A stretch of 12,384 bases of DNA from Kofleriaceae bacterium. GTDB lineage: Bacteria > Myxococcota_A > Polyangia > Haliangiales > Haliangiaceae. The stretch covers positions 1-12,384 of the forward strand of contig JBKJLC010000033.1 of assembly GCA_046597055.1 (NCBI GenBank), written 5' to 3'. Each line of letters opens with the position of its first letter. Position 1 is the first letter of the stretch. The notes below the pieces were generated by a model. The model ran no database searches. It was not told where the DNA came from and saw only the letters and a program-made list of their open reading frames with translations. The translations under genes were made by a program, and so were the position numbers. Below, piece after piece: positions 7,578 to 12,384 of this stretch.

Positions 7578-8543
7578 ATGAGCTGGTCTCGTGTGGTGGT
7601 CGCGGCGGTCCTGGCGAGCGCGGCATGCAAGACGGCGGCGGCGCCCGCGCCGGCGACCGCCCCCGGGGAGCCCGCCGACGCGGTTCGCGAGGCGCGCTCG
7701 CTGGTCGAGGAGGCGTATCGCAACCTGCGCCGTGGTGACGCCGCCGGCATGACGCCGCTGCTCGCCACCGACGCGTTCCTGGTCGGGCCCGGGCCCGCCG
7801 AGGTCGGCCTCGAGCGCAGCGCCGCCGCGGTCACCGCGGGCGACGCGCTGTCGGTCACCGAGAAGAAGGGCGGCCACAAGCTGAAGTCGTCGCGGCTGGT
7901 GGCCGAGGCCGCGGCCGACGGACGCTCGGCGTGGATCACCGATCAGATCGAGCTCGACGGCCAGCCCTACGCCGTGGTCGCGCTGGCCGCCGAGGTCGAC
8001 GAGATCTGGGTGCTGACCGCGATCGAGGTCGCGCGCACGATCCCCGACGGCAAGCTCAAGCGGATGGCCGCCGAGGGTGGCCTGGCGCCGCTCGGCGAGC
8101 TGCCGGCGTGGACGCCCGGTGCCGGCCAGGCGGCCGGCAACCGCGCGCTCCCGTCCGGCGTGCTCGAGGCGTTCCTGGAAGCGGTCACCACGCCCGAGGC
8201 GCTGGTCGCGCAGCTCGGCAACCCGTCGCCGATCTTCGTCGGGGTCGCGCCGCGCGCGGTCGTGCGCGGCGCCACCGCGCTCGAGAAGCTCTGGATGCCG
8301 AAGCCGAAGACCAAGAAGCCCGCGCCGCGGTGGACGGTGGTCGACACGCTGGGCGGGGCCACCCCTGACGGCGCGCTGGCGTGGGTGCTCGCGCACGCGA
8401 CCCGCGATGGCGAGGCCCCGCAGCCGCGCCGGCTGTTCGCGATCTACCAGCGGGCGCCCGGCGACGGCGCGGCACCGGCCGCGTGGGAGCTGATGCTCCT
8501 GCACGAGGCCGCGCTGGCGGGCCCGGCCCCCGCGGCGCGGTAG
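7578..8543 (+). CDS. Putative lipoprotein, probably with tandem NTF2/SnoaL-like domains
   Basis: MSWSRVVVAAVLASAAC lipobox. Two similar halves, each with helix, 'F-L/V-V/G-G', 'AADGRSAWI' or 'TPDGALAWV', and a terminal W-x-L strand. Start ATG 7566, 7569 or 7578. Confidence 0.65.
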   Translation: MSWSRVVVAAVLASAACKTAAAPAPATAPGEPADAVREARSLVEEAYRNLRRGDAAGMTPLLATDAFLVGPGPAEVGLERSAAAVTAGDALSVTEKKGGHKLKSSRLVAEAAADGRSAWITDQIELDGQPYAVVALAAEVDEIWVLTAIEVARTIPDGKLKRMAAEGGLAPLGELPAWTPGAGQAAGNRALPSGVLEAFLEAVTTPEALVAQLGNPSPIFVGVAPRAVVRGATALEKLWMPKPKTKKPAPRWTVVDTLGGATPDGALAWVLAHATRDGEAPQPRRLFAIYQRAPGDGAAPAAWELMLLHEAALAGPAPAAR

Positions 8544-8557
8544 CGCCCCGCGCCGCG

Positions 8558-9499
8558 TCAGGGCGACGTCAGCGGGCGCGCCTCGCCGACCTCGAGGATC
8601 CACAGCTGCTCGGCCGGCAGGCGGTGCGCCGCCCACCACGCGCGCAGCCGCGCCGGCGGCTCGCCCACCGCCTCGTCGGTCAGGCGGAACGTGCCCCAGT
8701 GCATCGCCAGCAGGTGACGCGCGCCGAGCGCGCGAAACCCGGCGCCCGCGTCGTCGGGATCCATGTGCTGCGGCTCCATGAACCAGCGCGGCGCGTAGCC
8801 GCCGATCGGCAGCATCGCCCAGTCGATCGGCCCGAGCCGCTGGCCGATCTCGACGAAGTGATCGCCGGCCGCGGTGTCGCCGGCGTGGAACACCGCGCCC
8901 TCGGGGCCGCGCAGCAGGTACCCGCCCCACAGGCTCTGGTTGCGGGTCCACGGCATCCGCATCGACCAGTGCCGCGCCGGCGTCAGCGTGATCGTCACCG
9001 GGCCGACCTGGTGGGCCTGCCACCAGTCGAGCTCGATCACGTCGAGGCCGAGCCGGGCCAGGCGCGGTCCGTTGCCGACCGGCACCAGGTAGGTCGGGCC
9101 GGGGCCGATCCGGCGCAGCGTCGCCAGATCCATGTGGTCCATGTGGTCGTGGGTGACGCACACGAGGTCGAGCTTCGGCAGCGCCTCGAGCGCGACCCCG
9201 GGCGGCACCAGCCGCGGCACCACGCCCTGGATGCGCTGCGACCAGATCGGATCGATCGCGATCGCGAGGCCGCCCAGCCGCAGCACCCACGACGCGTGGC
9301 CGATCCAGCACGCGACCGGGTCGCCGCTGGCCAGCGCGGCGGCGCCGCCCGCGCGCACCGCCGGCCGCACGGCATCGAGCGCCGCGAAGTCGGGGGGCCG
9401 CGGCGCCCGGCGCCCCGGCAGCCGATCGAGCAGCTTCCAGCGCAGCACGTCGGCCGGGCCGCGTCGGGGACGGGTCGCGCGGTCGTCGAAGCGAGCCAT
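8558..9499 (-). CDS. MBL-fold metallo-hydrolase (NAPE-PLD/RomA-like, Lactamase_B_2)
   Basis: WIGHAS, IDPIWS, THDHMDH (HxHxDH), PARHWSMR, LWGGY, FHAGDT, LPIGGYAPRWFM..QHMDP and MHWGTFRL. Confidence 0.92.
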   Translation of the reverse strand: MARFDDRATRPRRGPADVLRWKLLDRLPGRRAPRPPDFAALDAVRPAVRAGGAAALASGDPVACWIGHASWVLRLGGLAIAIDPIWSQRIQGVVPRLVPPGVALEALPKLDLVCVTHDHMDHMDLATLRRIGPGPTYLVPVGNGPRLARLGLDVIELDWWQAHQVGPVTITLTPARHWSMRMPWTRNQSLWGGYLLRGPEGAVFHAGDTAAGDHFVEIGQRLGPIDWAMLPIGGYAPRWFMEPQHMDPDDAGAGFRALGARHLLAMHWGTFRLTDEAVGEPPARLRAWWAAHRLPAEQLWILEVGEARPLTSP

Positions 9500-9505
9500 C
9501 GCGCC

Positions 9506-9536
9506 AGTCTAACCGACGCGCGCGATCGGGTAGGAT
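9506..9536. promoter_or_regulatory. Divergent -10-like hexamers directly upstream of start codons (putative leaderless promoters)
   Basis: TAGACT (minus, 9511-9506) lies 6 nt before ATG 9499. TAGGAT (plus, 9531-9536) lies 5 nt before GTG 9542. No clear SD sequences. Confidence 0.5.
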
Positions 9537-9541
9537 GCGCC

Positions 9542-10147
9542 GTGGCCCGCCGCGTTCGATCCGCTGCGCTCGCCGCCGCGCTGGTCGGCGGTGGGTGGAT
9601 CACCGCGGCCTGCGTCCGTCGCCCGCCCGCGGCCGCGCCGGCCGCGCACCAGGCCCAGGTCGCCGGCGCCACGCCGGTGGTCGGTGGGTCGGCGCCGGCC
9701 GCGCTGCTGACCACCGCGACCGGCGCGCGCGTCGCGCTGGCCGACCTGTGGCAGGGCCGGTCGCAGGCGATCGTCGTCTTCTACCGGGGCTTTTATTGAC
9801 ACAGCTGCATCCGCTGGCTCGGTGAGCTGGCTCGTCAGGCCCCTCAGCTGTCGTCGCAGGGCGTCGTGATCCTCGCGATCGCCACCGACCCGGTGGAGGC
9901 GACCGCGAAGCTCCAGTCCAGGCTGCCCGGCGTGGTGTTGCTGACCGATCTCGATCCCGGGCTCGCGGCGGTGACCGCGTGGGGCCTGCGCGTCGGCGAC
10001 GCCGAGCACCCGTGGCCCGCGACGTTCCTCGTCGGGAGTGACGGCCTGGTTCGCTGGCGGCACCTCGGCGACGGTGCGGGTGATTGGCCGGCCCTCGCCG
10101 AGCTTGCCGCCGCGGTGCGCGGCGAACCGACAGCATCGCCTCGCTGA
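9542..10147 (+). CDS. Selenocysteine-containing AhpC/TSA (peroxiredoxin-like redoxin) lipoprotein, UxxC, 201 aa
   Basis: Single frame from GTG 9542 through in-frame TGA 9797-9799 to stop 10147: ...ITAAC (lipobox)...VVFYRGFY*HSCIRWLGEL...VILAIATD...LLTD...PATFLVGSDGLVRWRH. The TGA aligns with the first Cys of the FYRGxWCxxC motif and is followed by a SECIS-like hairpin. Confidence 0.9.
9813..9831 (+). promoter_or_regulatory. Bacterial SECIS element (putative)
   Basis: GCTGGCTC-GGT-GAGCTGGC forms an 8-bp stem (two G-U pairs) with a GGU apical loop starting after a 21-nt spacer from the UGA. Confidence 0.78.
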
Positions 10148-10247
10148 CACCGTGCGCGCGCATGAGGGCGTCAGCCCACATGCGATCTGCAACCCACATC
10201 GAGCTCGCACTGGACGCGCGCTTACCCATCCTGCAACGTGGAACGTG

Positions 10248-11426
10248 ATGGGGATTGGTCATCTGCTCGTGATGCTCGGCGCAACGGGGTTGTTCGCCTG
10301 CGTCGAACCCGGCGATTCGCTGGTCGATGACGACCTCGCGGTCGCCGCCGACCTCGATGCCGACGCGGGCGTGCCGGGGCCACTGACCATCGCGCGCACC
10401 TGCCATTCCGCGACGCTGCTGGCCTCTGGTGCGGTCCTGTTCGCCGGCGGCATGGATCGCGCGGTCGTGCACGCGTCGTCCGAGGTCTATCGCAACGGTG
10501 ACACCACGCCGACCGGCGCCATGCACCAGGCGCGCTGCGCACATCTCGCGACCCGGCTCCGGTCGGGTGCGGTGCTCGCCGTGGGCGGCCTTGGCGGCGG
10601 CGTCACCGCGCTGACCACGGCCGAGCTCTACGATCCCGCCACCGGCACCTGGGCGCGGACCGGCTCGACGCACGTCGCGCGCTGGGAGTTCACCGCGACC
10701 CTGCTTCCGTCGGGCAAGGTCCTCATCGTCGGCGGGATCTCCGACTGGAACAACGCGGCCCCGCGACCGCACGGCACCGCCGAGCTCTACGATCCCGCCA
10801 CCGGCACCTGGTCGCTCACGTCGCCCCTGAACATCGCGCGCCACGGCCACACCGCGACCTTGCTGGCGTCGGGTCGGGTCCTGGTGACCGGGGGCGTCGA
10901 TCCCGGCTACGCCCGGAGCCAGACCGCCGAGCTCTACGACCCGAGCACGGGCAAGTGGTCGATGACCGGCTCGATGGCGCACCGGCGTTCGCGCCACACC
11001 GCGACCATGCTGCCGTCCGGCAAGGTGCTGATCGCCACCCACGGCGGCCTCCGGCCGGCTGGCGAGTCGGCGAGCGCCGAGCTCTACGATCCCCGCACCG
11101 GCGCCTTCGCCGCCGCGGCGGTCCCGCTTCACCAGCACGTCAACGGCGTCGCCGCGGCGCTGCCCTCGGGCCACGTCCTCCTGGTCGGCGGCGGCGGTGC
11201 CTTCGACCAGGCCGGCTGGTGGACCGAGTTGCCGCTGGTCGACCGCTACGACCCGGCGACCGACCGGTGGACCGCGGTCGCGCCGCTCACCACCGGCCGC
11301 ACGTTTCACACCGTGACCGCGCTGGCGACCGGCCAGGTGGTCGTCTCCGGTGGCGGCAACGGCCTGGCGTCGGTGGAGATCTTCGATCCCGCGATGGAGA
11401 TGTGGTTGTCGTCGCCAGCGCCGTGA
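10248..11426 (+). CDS. Kelch-repeat beta-propeller lipoprotein
   Basis: MGIGHLLVMLGATGLFAC lipobox, then six to seven repeats of R-x-x-H-T-A-T-L-L-x-S-G-x-V-L-x-x-GG...AELYDP-x-T-G-x-W. Confidence 0.9.
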   Translation: MGIGHLLVMLGATGLFACVEPGDSLVDDDLAVAADLDADAGVPGPLTIARTCHSATLLASGAVLFAGGMDRAVVHASSEVYRNGDTTPTGAMHQARCAHLATRLRSGAVLAVGGLGGGVTALTTAELYDPATGTWARTGSTHVARWEFTATLLPSGKVLIVGGISDWNNAAPRPHGTAELYDPATGTWSLTSPLNIARHGHTATLLASGRVLVTGGVDPGYARSQTAELYDPSTGKWSMTGSMAHRRSRHTATMLPSGKVLIATHGGLRPAGESASAELYDPRTGAFAAAAVPLHQHVNGVAAALPSGHVLLVGGGGAFDQAGWWTELPLVDRYDPATDRWTAVAPLTTGRTFHTVTALATGQVVVSGGGNGLASVEIFDPAMEMWLSSPAP

Positions 11427-11438
11427 GGTCCTGACCGG

Positions 11439-12158
11439 TCACAGCCGCAGGGTCAGGCCGGCGGTGGCGCTGCGCTCGCCGAGCGGCATGACCTCGACGG
11501 TGACGTCAAGATCACGCGGCAGCCGGACGGTGAGGCCGGCGCCCGCGGTGAGGTGGTAGCGGTCGCTGCCGGTGACGTCGACCCCGCCGCGGCGCCAGGA
11601 CACCGGGCCGCCGAACCCGCGGGCGGCGGCGTAGGGCACCCAGCGGGTCGCGAGCGTCTTGCCGATCATCATGCCGCCGCGCAGGTCGAACGCCCGCCAC
11701 GATCGGGTCTCGCCGTCGTCGGCGGTGGCCCGGACCAGCGCGCCGCCCAGGCTGGCGCTGACGCCCACGAACGGCCGCCGGGCCCGCTCGTACACCGGCA
11801 GCCAGCTGACCGAGCCGCCGAGCGCGCCACCGCCGGCGAGGTCGCGGCCCTCGACCGAGCCGGCCACGACCGCGCCCAGGCTCACCGACCAGCCCAGCCG
11901 CGCGGTCGCGAACGCGCCGACCGTGACCGTGGTGGTCAGCTGCTCGACCTCGACCCGGTCGCCGTCGAACACGATCTGCGACGCGAAGCCGCCGACCGAG
12001 GCGCTCGCTTGCCACGATGCCGGCGCGCTGCCATCACACTCCGCGGGCAACCCGGTCGGACCGACCGGCGGAGACAGGCCTCAAGCCCGGGCGGTGTCGG
12101 CGCGCGCTGCGAGGAGCGCGGTGGCCGCAGCGGTGCTTGCCAGGATCGCGGTGCGCAT
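11439..12158 (-). CDS. Putative selenoprotein: signal peptide + Sec + outer-membrane beta-barrel, 239 aa
   Basis: ATG 12158 gives MRTAILASTAAATALLAARADTARA*GLSPPVGPTGLPAECDG..., in frame through TGA (12083-12081) with the 203-aa ORF 11439..12050. That ORF is made of amphipathic beta strands (LGWSVSLGAV, LGGSVSW, FVGVSASLG, FDLRGGMMIGK, VPYAAARGF, YHLTAGAGLTVRL, ATAGLTLRL). A strong hairpin follows the TGA. Confidence 0.75.
12039..12073 (-). promoter_or_regulatory. Bacterial SECIS element (putative)
   Basis: Minus strand reads UGA-ggccugu-CUCCG-CCGGUC-GGUCC-GACCGG-guugcccg-CGGAG. The upper stem is perfect, and the G-first apical loop follows an 18-19 nt spacer from the UGA. Confidence 0.72.
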
Positions 12159-12224
12159 CGCCGTCACTCTAACCGAGGAGCCGCTCGAGCAGGTCGGTGG
12201 CGCTCGCGATCGACACCGTCGTCA

Positions 12225-12329
12225 GGGAGTGTGAAGCATTCGCTTCCCACCCTCCCTTTCGATCGATCGCGGGCCGGAGCCCGCGCCCGATCTGTACGGA
12301 GCAGAGCCGCCTCGCTTCGCTCGGCTCAG
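12225..12329. repeat. Cluster of intergenic inverted repeats including REP-like copy 2 (12307-12329)
   Basis: gggagtgtgaagc-attc-gcttcccaccctccc (12225-12256); cgcgggc-cgga-gcccgcg (12268-12285); gagccg...cggctc (12304-12327). Confidence 0.5.
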
Positions 12330-12382
12330 GCCAGCGCGGCGATCAGCGGCAGGCCCCAGGCGATCCCGACGATGATCGAGAG
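12326..12382 (-). CDS. C-terminus of a membrane protein (5' truncated by window edge)
   Basis: ...LSIIVGIAWGLPLIAALA* is a hydrophobic helix with GC-rich third positions. Too short to assign a family. Confidence 0.6.
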   Translation of the reverse strand, partial: LSIIVGIAWGLPLIAALA

Positions 12383-12384
12383 CA

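Noticed and set aside
9130..9148. 9-bp tandem repeat ccatgtggt
   Set aside because: It simply encodes the DHMDHMD metal-binding motif of the MBL hydrolase.
9542..10147. Calling the redoxin a pseudogene or two small ORFs
   Set aside because: The only interruption is one TGA exactly at the redox Cys column, followed by a SECIS-like hairpin. Both halves are otherwise intact.
10600..11400. Repeated gagctctacga(t/c)cc units as a CRISPR array
   Set aside because: They are in-frame Kelch repeats (AELYDP) at about 130-170 bp spacing inside a coding sequence, with no cas genes.
9797..12083. Alternative genetic code (TGA = Trp/Gly) as the explanation for the in-frame TGAs
   Set aside because: TGA is the normal stop for most genes here (including ATGA overlaps at 1590-1593 and 6970-6973), TGG is used freely for Trp, and the redoxin TGA falls at a catalytic Cys position.
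12172..12327. tRNA-Sec (selC) or a known riboswitch in the structured spacer
   Set aside because: I found no cloverleaf with a UCA anticodon loop, no T-loop/CCA end and no recognisable riboswitch consensus.

Overview
Very GC-rich bacterial DNA. The gene content (Ser/Thr kinase, Kelch lipoprotein, RAYT-type transposase) suggests Myxococcota, but that is an inference. From left to right the window holds: the 3' end of a REP-associated tyrosine transposase, a stand-alone receiver-domain protein, a NitT/TauT-type ABC transporter (permease, ATPase, binding protein with a CHLTC motif), a Gfo/Idh/MocA oxidoreductase, a Ser/Thr kinase with an N-terminal TM and PspB/PspC-like segment, serB, a degenerate Ham1/ITPase-like protein, a putative lipoprotein, an MBL-fold hydrolase, a Kelch lipoprotein and a partial membrane protein. 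The main result is two genes that the ORF track splits at an in-frame TGA, each followed by a bacterial SECIS-like hairpin. The first is a lipoprotein AhpC/TSA redoxin with FYRGFY-U-HSC (UxxC; 9542..10147, +). The second is a predicted outer-membrane beta-barrel (11439..12158, -) whose putative selenocysteine sits directly after an A-R-A signal-peptidase site, so it would be the first residue of the mature exported protein. This is a candidate undescribed selenoprotein family. No Sec machinery (selA/B/C/D) is visible in the window.
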